From an uncultured Desulfobacter sp. (GTDB lineage Bacteria; Desulfobacterota; Desulfobacteria; Desulfobacterales; Desulfobacteraceae), in the NCBI GenBank assembly GCA_963665095.1, contig OY762069.1:6048001-6112000 (forward strand): 64,000 nt of DNA, in the 5' to 3' direction. A program made the position numbers and the translations under genes. The stretch's first letter is position 1, and each line of letters starts with the position of its first letter. A model generated the notes under the pieces. The model was not told where the DNA came from, made no database searches, and saw only the letters and a program-made list of their open reading frames with translations. Of the stretch, positions 9,681 to 18,835 are shown piece after piece.

Positions 9681-12086
9681 TTACCGGCGTCCGGGCAGCA
9701 GATTTAACAGTGAGACAGTGGCCGCTTTAATCTGGGCCTCGTCCGTAAGCTGGGCTCTGTATTTGCCTAATATATACATCATTGCCTGATCATCATAATG
9801 GGGATCCAGGAAATAGCCGCTCTGGCCGCTCGGCGTTATGCCCCGGGAGAGGGACGGATCAGAAAAGTCAAAAATCCGCCGGGTGGAGGGGCCGAGATAG
9901 GCCTTGAAGGGCGGCGGTCCGATGTGGAATCCCTGATAGTTGGGCACCTCTCTTGCCCCTTCACACTTAAAAGGTCCGATGTTGAACAATTTATCCAATG
10001 GTTTTTTGCGTCCCAGGGCATGACCGTACTCCACTGTGTGAAGATCTTCCCAGATCCATTTTTCAGGATCCTTTCCGGCCACTTTCTTAAGTGCGTCCAG
10101 GGCCTTATTCCATGCCTTATGGACGATCTGTTGCCGGGTCTCTTTTTCAGGCGTGGCAACATCATCCCACCACACTGAATTTTCAACTTCCAGCATTTTA
10201 TCCAGGCAGGTATCCGCTATCCGGGTCCGTAAAAAGACCTTGAACCGATCTTGACCAAGCTCATCTTTCACTGCGGCTTCAAGCAGGTAATAATTAAGGG
10301 TATAAAATATTGCCGCCCCCCGGGTATCACGCCTGTGAAACCCGTCCCACCGGGCCAGCTGATCAAAGGCGGCTTTTGAGATGGATTTTGATTGCAGTTC
10401 AGGAATGGTTTTCAAAATCGCCACCTGCTTTTCTGCAATGGACTTATAAAAGGCCGATGCCGTATCAAGCTGGATATCCTGCATATCTCTGACTGATAAT
10501 TTTTTCCCTTTTTCCTCTAAAAGTGCTTTTATCCGCAGTGCCCGGTTATCAGGACAGTAATATCCGGGTACGATACCGGTCCCAAAGTCCTGGGGCTGAT
10601 GGTTGGCTGAGACAATGACGCCGGATGCCGGGTTGATGAACTGAGGGTTGGCAGCAAAAGGCAGAAACCCTTCATAATCGCAGGAGGGATCAGACCCGTC
10701 CTGGATGAAATTGGGATCCACATGGGCAGGGCGTTTCGCCAGCTTTGCCACAGCCCACCACCCCACGTTGCCCTTTGCATCGGCCATGACAAAATTCAAG
10801 CCCGGGGCATGGAGTTTTTCAAGGGCGGGGGCTGCCTGAAACACCGTATCAATATGGGATAATTCATACATACTTGTGATCATGTCATTGTCAAAATCGT
10901 GGAATCCCCAGCTGACCGCCACCGGCCGCTTCTCAGTTTTCAAAAGATCCAGAGAGTCATTGATAATGGGGCCGTGCCTGGAAATTCTGACATCAAGATT
11001 CACATCTTTTGCCCCTTTGACCAGAATTTTCTCATGCTCAATGTCAAGGTCTGTCCACTTTCCGTCTGACCATACCTGATTTGGGTTTTCCGGATTGATT
11101 TTTTCAGCAAACAGGTCCAGATTATCATTCAGGAACATGGTCAGGCTCCAGGCCACCTTCTGGTTATAACCGAGCAGGGCCACAGGAATACCGGCAAGAA
11201 AATGACCGTACATACTGCCCCCGGGGAAAACCAGGTGGGCTTCATACCAGACCGAAGGACAGGAATGTGCAATATGGGGGTCCCCGGAAAGAATGGCCTT
11301 GCCGGACGCTGTCAGTTCCGGCCTGACAGCCCAGGCATTGCTTCCTTCAAAAAATCCCACGGGGGAATGCCTGGACTCGATGTCTGCCACAAGTCCTGCC
11401 ATTTGCGCTAAAGAGTGATGTGTCTCTTTACTAAGGTGTATGGCCGGCCCTGACTTAAGCTTATAATTCAGATCCTCTAAATAGGCATCTCCGAGTTCAT
11501 CGCGAATAAAGGTAAGAACCGGGTCTGTTTTAAATCCGCTTGCAAAACTATACGCCATGTACCCTGCCACACAGATAATATCGGAGAGCGCAAACTTCTT
11601 TTTGGGAATTTTCAAAAGATCAAATTCAACAGGGGCAGGCCCTGTACGGATAAACTGATTGATCCCGTCAATATACGCCTGACTGACTTTAAACGCAGGC
11701 GTTTGCGTATCAGCCCGGGCCACATATGCCTTTCCGAACTGCTTTAACCGCAAGGTTCTGAAAAAGGTATCTGTGGAGACAAGTTCAGGCCCAAGCACCT
11801 CAGCCAGTTCCCCTTTGGCGAGCCGGCGAATCATCTCCATCTGGAACAGCCGGTCCTGGGCATGCAGATACCCCAGGGCAAAATAGGCATCTGTTTCGTT
11901 TTTCGCATAAATATGAGGAATGGCAAAGGCATCAAACCGGATACTCACGGGCTCTGAAAGACCTTGAAGCGTCAGAGCTCCAGATCTGACAGCCTTTTTT
12001 GAGTTCAGATAATATCCCCCTGCTGCTGCCAGAATCACTGCGACGACCACGACACCTAACCCGACTCTTCTGATTTGTCTGCCCAT
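9681..12086 (-). CDS. Penicillin acylase family Ntn-hydrolase
   Basis: IPHIYA, GYLHAQDRLFQME, GSNAW autocleavage Ser, DPH, GQSG motifs. Confidence 0.95.
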   Translation of the reverse strand: MGRQIRRVGLGVVVVAVILAAAGGYYLNSKKAVRSGALTLQGLSEPVSIRFDAFAIPHIYAKNETDAYFALGYLHAQDRLFQMEMIRRLAKGELAEVLGPELVSTDTFFRTLRLKQFGKAYVARADTQTPAFKVSQAYIDGINQFIRTGPAPVEFDLLKIPKKKFALSDIICVAGYMAYSFASGFKTDPVLTFIRDELGDAYLEDLNYKLKSGPAIHLSKETHHSLAQMAGLVADIESRHSPVGFFEGSNAWAVRPELTASGKAILSGDPHIAHSCPSVWYEAHLVFPGGSMYGHFLAGIPVALLGYNQKVAWSLTMFLNDNLDLFAEKINPENPNQVWSDGKWTDLDIEHEKILVKGAKDVNLDVRISRHGPIINDSLDLLKTEKRPVAVSWGFHDFDNDMITSMYELSHIDTVFQAAPALEKLHAPGLNFVMADAKGNVGWWAVAKLAKRPAHVDPNFIQDGSDPSCDYEGFLPFAANPQFINPASGVIVSANHQPQDFGTGIVPGYYCPDNRALRIKALLEEKGKKLSVRDMQDIQLDTASAFYKSIAEKQVAILKTIPELQSKSISKAAFDQLARWDGFHRRDTRGAAIFYTLNYYLLEAAVKDELGQDRFKVFLRTRIADTCLDKMLEVENSVWWDDVATPEKETRQQIVHKAWNKALDALKKVAGKDPEKWIWEDLHTVEYGHALGRKKPLDKLFNIGPFKCEGAREVPNYQGFHIGPPPFKAYLGPSTRRIFDFSDPSLSRGITPSGQSGYFLDPHYDDQAMMYILGKYRAQLTDEAQIKAATVSLLNLLPGRR

Positions 12087-12205
12087 AATGAATTCCCTTT
12101 TAGAAAGCGTTAATTTTCAGATTCCAAATTGCGAAATTCCTCTTTTCTGGAAAGCATTAGGACAAATAACAATACTTTGTCAAGAATCTTACCCGGTTTC
12201 CTGGG

Positions 12206-12649
12206 ATGATTTACGACAAACGCAGGGATTACGAGGAGAGCGTCTTTCATTTTAACCAGGTTCTTTCAAACTACCTTGAACAGGAGGACATCCGTGCCCA
12301 GGAGACCTGCCATCTGGTTCTGGTTAACCATACGCCTTTGTCCATTCGGTTCCGGTTTGACGAAAAGCGGTTTGATGTGGACGGGCCTATGATGTCAGGC
12401 AGGAGATCATCAAGTCCTGGCTGGACAAAGCCCTGGTCAAAGGCTCGGGCGAGCGCCTTACGCAGCCTGGCAGAATCGCCGTGGTCTATGCACATCCGGT
12501 ATCTTTCGTCCCAGGGCAGACTGCTTGATGACCTTGAATTCCTTGACCTGGACGACCTGCCTGATGTCCGGGGCCTGAAAGCAGTCAGGGTTGGCGTGGA
12601 TATGACCGCGGCCCAAATGGACAATGTTATTGAAATGCGGGCCGGGTGA
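12206..12649 (+). pseudogene. Frameshifted and deleted remnant of a large conserved protein (C-terminus resembling 'GAF domain-containing' proteins)
   Basis: PLSIRFRFDEKRFDVDG continues in another frame as YDVRQEIIKSWLDKALVKGSGERLTQPGRIAVVY, then LDDLPDVRGLKAVRV. Confidence 0.65.
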
Positions 12650-12689
12650 ATGAGCTTAATTCAGGTCATTTTGAAGAACAATTGCATAA

Positions 12690-12744
12690 TTATACGATTT
12701 GAACGTATAAATAAATTGACTATTATACTTTCAAATCGTATAAA
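12690..12744 (+). promoter_or_regulatory. sigma70 promoter overlapped by a 21-bp inverted-repeat operator
   Basis: TTGACT (12716) -17 bp- TATAAA (12739); arms TTATACGATTTGAACGTATAA and TTATACTTTCAAATCGTATAA are 20/21 complementary. Confidence 0.75.
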
Positions 12745-12749
12745 TGTTT

Positions 12750-13922
12750 ATGGAAGAAATTTTATATCAATACAATCCCTGGTGGGAAGACCCGGTTTTT
12801 AATACTGAAATTATACCCAGGGATCGCTATCTTGACAGGCTTATTCAATATCTGGACAACAAACAGATTATCTCTTTGACAGGCCTGCGGCGTGTCGGCA
12901 AAACAACGTTGATGAAATTGATCATCAAGACGCTGATCTTAAACGGGGTCTCTCCAAAATCTATTTTATATGTCAGCCTGGATGATTACCTTCTTCACCG
13001 GAACAGTATTATTGAAATTATTAATGAATACAGAAAACTTCACAAGCTGAAAGTCGAAGAAAAGATTTACCTTTTTTTAGATGAAGTGATGCATAAAGAA
13101 AATTTTCATATCCAGCTGAAAAATATTTATGACGCCCAGAACACCAAAATTTTTGCTGCATCCTCGTCGGCGTCAATGTTACGGGATAAAAAAGCCAGTT
13201 TGACCGGCCGTTCCATTACTGTTGAAATAAAGCCGTTAAACCTGGAAGAATATCTGCTTTTTAAAGGCATCGTGTTAAAAAAGCGGGATAAGCAATTATA
13301 TAAGTCATACTTTCTCGACTATATCAAAGATGGCGGGATGCCGGAAAATGTATTAAAGCCAAACCGGGAATACCTGATGAACTTAGTCGATGATATCATC
13401 CAGAAAGATATTACAGCGTTTCATGGCTTGAAAAATCATCAAATCCTCAAAGATTTTTTTCTGCTTCTTATGGAACGGAGCGGAAAACAGCTGAGCATCA
13501 ACAAGATAGCAAAAATATTGAACATTTCACCAGATACGTCTAAACGGTATTTAAACTATTTCGAATCCACCTATCTTATACATCTGCTTCCCCGATGGGG
13601 TAAAACAAATCAACAGCTGTTATCAGCAAAAAAAATATATGCTTCGGATCTGGGGATCAAGTATCTTTTTATGGGGGGAAGAGACTTCGGAAGTTATTTC
13701 GAGAATTATATTTATCTGGTATTACGTCATAAGAAAGGCTTGTTTTATTTATATGAAAATACGGTTGAGATTGATTTTTATACAGATGATGAAATTTTAA
13801 TCGAATCCAAATTTTATTCCGAACTTAATGAAAAACAGGCCCTGTTGTTTTCCCAATATCCAGCCCGAAAAAGAATCGTGATTGATTCTGTAGACAAACT
13901 ATCCCTTTTAAATGAGTTGTGA
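12750..13922 (+). CDS. AAA+ ATPase (AAA_14/DUF4143-type) with HTH and C-terminal PD-(D/E)xK-like motif
   Basis: YNPWW start, GLRRVGKT, LFLDEV, LTGR, GGMPE, KKIYASDLG, EIDF..IESK; start 12744 or 12750. Confidence 0.9.
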   Translation: MEEILYQYNPWWEDPVFNTEIIPRDRYLDRLIQYLDNKQIISLTGLRRVGKTTLMKLIIKTLILNGVSPKSILYVSLDDYLLHRNSIIEIINEYRKLHKLKVEEKIYLFLDEVMHKENFHIQLKNIYDAQNTKIFAASSSASMLRDKKASLTGRSITVEIKPLNLEEYLLFKGIVLKKRDKQLYKSYFLDYIKDGGMPENVLKPNREYLMNLVDDIIQKDITAFHGLKNHQILKDFFLLLMERSGKQLSINKIAKILNISPDTSKRYLNYFESTYLIHLLPRWGKTNQQLLSAKKIYASDLGIKYLFMGGRDFGSYFENYIYLVLRHKKGLFYLYENTVEIDFYTDDEILIESKFYSELNEKQALLFSQYPARKRIVIDSVDKLSLLNEL

Positions 13923-14305
13923 ATTAAAGCAAAATGAGCCGAAGGCGGACGGGTTGAAACCCAAATGTTTCTTCCAATACCGATTTAAGCGCTGGGGGGA
14001 CGTTTAACTGGTCAACAAAGCCATTAGTAGTTTCCATATTTGGGGATTATCGAAATTTTTTTCTTTGTTTTGGACTTTAGGGGCCTTGATAACCTATGAA
14101 TCTCGACTTCTCGACACAATTGTTCTGCCTGCATTGCGGCAGCCTGCAGATAAGCACTCAAATTATAAAAACCTGAATGTATATGTTCAGGAAGTGTGTC
14201 CCCAATCCGGCTATAGGATATAAAAAGTGCAACAGCGTAAAGAGTATAACTGAAATTAGACCCTTGCAACTTATAAACTTTTTTATGAAAAATGATCGAA
14301 ATCTT

Positions 14306-14340
14306 AAAAAGCCCCTGAGTAAAAATCTACTCAGGGGCTA
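14306..14340 (-). terminator. Rho-independent terminator of the cold-shock gene
   Basis: AGCCCCTGAGTA/TACTCAGGGGCT 12-bp stem followed by a T tract on the minus strand. Confidence 0.85.
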
Positions 14341-14366
14341 AAATGTCACAGGGATAAAATGGGATA

Positions 14367-14570
14367 TTAAATCACGGTCACATTTGCAGCTGCCGGTCCT
14401 TTGGGACCCTGTACAATATTGAATGAAACCTGGTCACCTTCGTTGAGGGATTTAAAACCAGCTGCATTTATACCTGAATGGTGGACAAACACATCGTTGC
14501 CACCATTTGCTTGTTCGATAAATCCAAAACCTTTTGACTCGTTAAACCATTTTACGATACCGTTTGCCAT
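14367..14570 (-). CDS. Cold-shock protein (CspA family)
   Basis: GIVKWFN, KGFGFI (RNP1), DVFVHHS (RNP2), GPKGPAA. Confidence 0.97.
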   Translation of the reverse strand: MANGIVKWFNESKGFGFIEQANGGNDVFVHHSGINAAGFKSLNEGDQVSFNIVQGPKGPAAANVTVI

Positions 14571-15404
14571 GTAGGCGTTCTCCTAAATAAGAATAAAAAT
14601 AAATCGTCTCGATCTTAAAGAATAATCACTGATTTCTCGGGGAAAATATCTAAGGAAGAAACTCAAGCACATCAAATAGTGCAATAGTAGGCTATCATAC
14701 AGGTATCTGAGATGAAGTCAAGAAAAATTAATTTCAATTTTAAAATGGCATTTTTTTTGCTTAGGATTCCAAGTCAAAAACCAGCTTTAATTTGGTCTGT
14801 CTATGGTTGCGTGAATTGTCTTAAAGTTCAGTGGGATATCGGTTTTTCTGTCGCGCTTGTAGGTTAATTTTAAACGCTAAACATCGATTGAATGGAATGG
14901 TAAACCCGCGACTCTATATTTAATTCAGTTGCAATTCTTACCCAATGTTGTATGCTGTATGAAAAACAAATCAGCCAGAGTAGATCCTCCCTGGTTAGAC
15001 TAAAGTACTTAGGCGGTTCTCGCTACTCATCTTTACCCCATCTTGTATATTTCTGTCTGATTTTTGTTGATTATCATAAAAGTTAAGCAGTCTCTATATT
15101 CTGTTTGACAATTCTTTAAAACATTTAAGTTTAACAAATGAATTCAAACCCTTAAGTTGTTTGGATCTTGTTTGACACTTCTGAGATTACAGGAAAGGAT
15201 TGGGAATGCAAAAGAAACCTAAATCGAAATATGGATACAGCAAGAGCGAGTTGATTGAGATAATAAATGAAATTGATGCCGACAAACATCAGATGAGAAT
15301 TAGAACCGAAAAGCTGAACACTCATAAGGAAAGCATTCGGCCCCATTTAGTTGTAAAACTGAACAATAATTAGAAGCAACTTATATATATTGAAGGAGCT
15401 AAAT

Positions 15405-15587
15405 ATGGCTGACAGCCTTGAACACCCCGGAGTTTCGTCCAATAAAGATTACGAATTACCGGTTGACAGTTGTGATCATATGATTTCTACATCGCTTAGA
15501 GACTTGAGAAAAAAGTATTCGGATTTAGGTGCCAATAAATCAACTGGTGCTGATGTTAATGTAAAAAAAGATACTAAACCCGCTTGA
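15405..15587 (+). CDS. Small hypothetical protein (60 aa)
   Basis: AAGGAG Shine-Dalgarno upstream of ATG 15405; no recognised motif. Confidence 0.45.
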   Translation: MADSLEHPGVSSNKDYELPVDSCDHMISTSLRDLRKKYSDLGANKSTGADVNVKKDTKPA

Positions 15588-15752
15588 GGAACTAAATCAG
15601 ACTTAAAGTGAGTCAGTCGTCCATGTATATCGGTTGAGTCAAATTTAGATATTTGGTTGGCTTTGTCGCTAATCATAAAGCAACCGACATGATCAAGCTT
15701 TTCGTATATAGAGATATCAATCAATATTATCTTTTGAATAATAAGGGGACGT

Positions 15753-15896
15753 ATGGCCGTCAGAAACCAATACACCTTTGAAAAACGTCAGAAAGACTTG
15801 GCGAAGAAAAAGGAAAAAGAAGAAAAAAAGCGTAAAAAGGACAAGAAGAATCAGGCAGAACATGAACCCGAAACTGAATTAGATGGGACCGAATAG
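15753..15896 (+). CDS. Small Lys-rich protein (47 aa), not in ORF track
   Basis: AAGGGG SD; MAVRNQYTFEKRQKDLAKKKEKEEKKRKKDKKNQAEHEPETELDGTE; ends 9 bp before the methyltransferase. Confidence 0.7.
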   Translation: MAVRNQYTFEKRQKDLAKKKEKEEKKRKKDKKNQAEHEPETELDGTE

Positions 15897-15905
15897 GGTT
15901 CGTTT

Positions 15906-16559
15906 ATGTCTGACATCCGGGTTCGCTATACAACATTTGAAGTTGGGAATTTTGATATTCATGTTCGTATGCTGAGGGATATACTTCAGTTCGGGGATAA
16001 CGACGGTATTGCTAAAAGCCTGGGGATTTCTTCTGCAGCTTGGCCAATGTTTGGTGTGATCTGGCCTTCAGGCATGGTTCTGGCAAATCTGATGTTGGAT
16101 TACAATGTCAAAGGAAAACGAGTCTTGGAGGTGGGGTGTGGGATCGCTTTGGCCAGCTTGGTTCTGAATGAGCGGTTAGCTGACATTACGGCAACGGACC
16201 ATCACCCTGAAACAGAGGGTTTCCTCGTTTATAATGCAAGTCTGAATAACGGAAAAACCATTCCCTTTGTGCAAACTGGATGGGCGCATTCCGATAGTAA
16301 GGACCTTGGGAAATTTGATCTGATTATCGGATCTGATCTACTATACGAGGAACAGAATGTTGAGCTTTTAGCCACATTTATAAATCAGCATAGTCGACGT
16401 CAGTGCGAAGTGATTATGGTTGATCCTGGACGAGGCTTGCATGCTAAATTTAGCAAAAATATGGTGGGCCTTGGGTATTCTCACTCTCAAGAAAAACCAA
16501 ATAATACAGGCTATTTGAATGATGGATTTAAAGGCTGGATTCTTAACTATACCAGGTAG
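15906..16559 (+). CDS. Class I SAM methyltransferase (Methyltransf_16-like, putative protein methyltransferase)
   Basis: WPMFGVIWPSG, VLEVGCG, ATDH, DLIIGSDLLY. Confidence 0.9.
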   Translation: MSDIRVRYTTFEVGNFDIHVRMLRDILQFGDNDGIAKSLGISSAAWPMFGVIWPSGMVLANLMLDYNVKGKRVLEVGCGIALASLVLNERLADITATDHHPETEGFLVYNASLNNGKTIPFVQTGWAHSDSKDLGKFDLIIGSDLLYEEQNVELLATFINQHSRRQCEVIMVDPGRGLHAKFSKNMVGLGYSHSQEKPNNTGYLNDGFKGWILNYTR

Positions 16560-16749
16560 CCGAAATTAAGATGGTTTATGTGTATCATTTTTGATTTTGA
16601 TAGCAACCCTCCCGGACAAACACCGGGACCAAACTTCAAAATAACTGCGAGTTAATTAGAAGGTAGCACTTAACAATCAAATCCTTCCACTTCTATGTTT
16701 CTGACATCAAGGCAGCGTGTATTGTTCCCGAAATGAGCAAACCCAAAGT

Positions 16750-16896
16750 CCGCAATCATGATATCTAAGCTCGTTTTTTCTCCCGATCCCCAACCACAAC
16801 ATCTGGTATGTGGCCATATTCTGAACTTGTGGGAAAAATCAAGATTATGCCCTGTTAAATTTTATTTCCAGGAACGCCTTGATTACATTTAATATA
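16750..16896 (+). repeat. 147-bp direct repeat, left copy (island boundary)
   Basis: Near-identical to 42916-43062 (a handful of substitutions). Confidence 0.95.
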
Positions 16897-17163
16897 TTAT
16901 TATACTCGATCAATAGAATAGAGACGTGCACAATATGTTGTTCCCAGCACCAATCTCCGAAAAGTGAGCCTTGAAATAGACTAAGGCTCGCTCATTATCC
17001 AAATCAAAAACCCCGGAAAACAAGCAATCTCAAAGTGTTGAATATTAATAGTAGTCCGGGGTTCTGAATCCGTCATCAGAGGAATTCCGTTTTTGACATA
17101 GTCAGCAGTCATAAATTTAAAATATCATCTCTGCGATTGATCTTCATTTGGGACGCGAATGTC

Positions 17164-17772
17164 TTATTCTGTAAACGAATTAACCTGACACAAACCATCT
17201 TCATTTTTAATGAAAAAAATTGGTTTCATGGTTTTATCAGCAAAATCATAAAGCACCAGTTCAGGATGATGGGTATCAAAGGCTTTTCCGAAAAAGAGGC
17301 AAATTGCATTCGAGGCGCATGGAAGTAAATGAATTTTATTAATCCCATAAGAGCATTTAAGGTGATGCAGTAGACGCTGCATGTCAGCCATAAATTCAAT
17401 GCCATTCTTGGGATGGCCTATCGCTCCATTTCCCATGTTATTTGCCTGAATTTTAATCGTTTTTAATTTTAACTGTTTTGCGTATCCGTCAAATAGGGGT
17501 GGGTGGTTGGTAAAACTTAAAGTTAAGACAATTTCGTCTTCGTTTTGTTCTAAATCTTCCATGCCCAATATATCATACGTTTTTTCTGAAGGAGTGTCTG
17601 ATGGCCATGTCCATTGGTTGCCATCCCTGAACCGGAGCATTGGAATGATTTCCTGCTTGTTTCCAATTTTTGCTCCTAAAGCAATTAATTGCGGCATGAG
17701 ACCGAAAGCAAAAAGAGCTGCTCTGAACTGGTTGCGTCCTATCAACGACAATATTTTTTCAGACGCATCTTC
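17164..17772 (-). pseudogene. 3' part of CBASS HNH-SAVED effector (SAVED domain), cut off by IS21 element
   Basis: ALFAFGLMPQLIALG and IHLLPCASNAICLFFG SAVED-like motifs; joins 21130-22152 in frame after IS removal. Confidence 0.85.
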
Positions 17773-17967
17773 GATTATGTCAGGGCCGTCTTGAAAATGC
17801 AGCCAAATCCCCGGTTTGAAAATGTATGTTCTTAGCTGGTTTTTCTTCTCTTAAAAATCAAATTTAAAAATTTCGTCTTCTTCATTTTTTTCCTTTCTTT
17901 GCCCTCTGCTTTTTTCCGTACATACTGATCTTATTCATGTCTGATTTGAATCGGAGGCAATATGTAG

Positions 17968-18534
17968 ATGGGACTACTCAAGAAAAGAAGGTGCCGAAAT
18001 TGTAGAAGATTATTCGCTCCTAATCCAAGAAATATAGACTCTCAAAAATACTGTTCCAGATCTGAGTGCAGAAAAGCCAGCAAAAGGTGCAGCCAGAAAA
18101 AATGGCTGAACAAGCCTGAAAATCGAAACTACTTTTGTGGGCCTGCCCATGTTGAACGTGTTCAGGAATGGAGAAAGAAGAATCCCGGATATTGGAAGAA
18201 GACCAAAAGCCCAGATACGTTACAAGACTCGATATTGCCCCAACAGGCTGAAAATAAACAGGATTCAACGCAATTCATGGACAATGCGTTACAAGATTTC
18301 TTACGGGCGCAACCTCCTGTCATTATAGGGTTAATCGCCAACTTTACAGGCAGTGCGTTACAAGATGACATCGCTTCCACGCTCCTTCGTATGAAAAAAT
18401 ACGGGCAAGACATTTTATGTTCACAACCCCAAAAAGAAGGAGAGCAAAATGATTGCAAAGGCCCCCATTTTACCATCCAGGGTTCGAAAAACACCCCAAA
18501 GCTTCAGTTGGATCGATCATCGCCTGGTGCGTGA
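17968..18534 (+). CDS. IS21 passenger ORF1, basic Cys-rich putative Zn-binding protein
   Basis: CRNC...CSRSEC, very basic N-terminus, GGAGG SD. Confidence 0.75.
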   Translation: MGLLKKRRCRNCRRLFAPNPRNIDSQKYCSRSECRKASKRCSQKKWLNKPENRNYFCGPAHVERVQEWRKKNPGYWKKTKSPDTLQDSILPQQAENKQDSTQFMDNALQDFLRAQPPVIIGLIANFTGSALQDDIASTLLRMKKYGQDILCSQPQKEGEQNDCKGPHFTIQGSKNTPKLQLDRSSPGA

Positions 18535-18835
18535 ACGGCACATTGACAGGTGTACACACTCCCAGTCCGCCCTATATCTGTTTCTGGTGTGTGTGGCCGA
18601 CAGTCAAGGCATCAGCTACTATGGAGATAAGGCGATCATGGATCGGCTGTGCATGGATTCTGATGGCCTGAAGACAGCACGTTCCGGGTTAATACAGAAT
18701 GGGCTGATTGCCTGGCAGAGACCTATTTACCAGGTGCTTGCCCTTGACCCTGCTCCTGGTAAATCAAAACGGCACGGCTCCATGCTGCGTCTTTCAGATA
18801 TTCTAAAAGCAGCAGCGGAGGGCAACCATGATTGA
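18449..18835 (+). CDS. IS21 passenger ORF2, putative winged-helix DNA-binding protein
   Basis: FSWIDHRL..ALYLFL..DSQGISYY..ARSGLIQNGLI; AAGGAG SD; stop overlaps istA start. Confidence 0.75.
   Translation: MIAKAPILPSRVRKTPQSFSWIDHRLVRERHIDRCTHSQSALYLFLVCVADSQGISYYGDKAIMDRLCMDSDGLKTARSGLIQNGLIAWQRPIYQVLALDPAPGKSKRHGSMLRLSDILKAAAEGNHD

Noticed and set aside
17090..17118. dif-like site on the minus strand
   Set aside because: Only the XerD-like arm partly matches; the XerC arm does not
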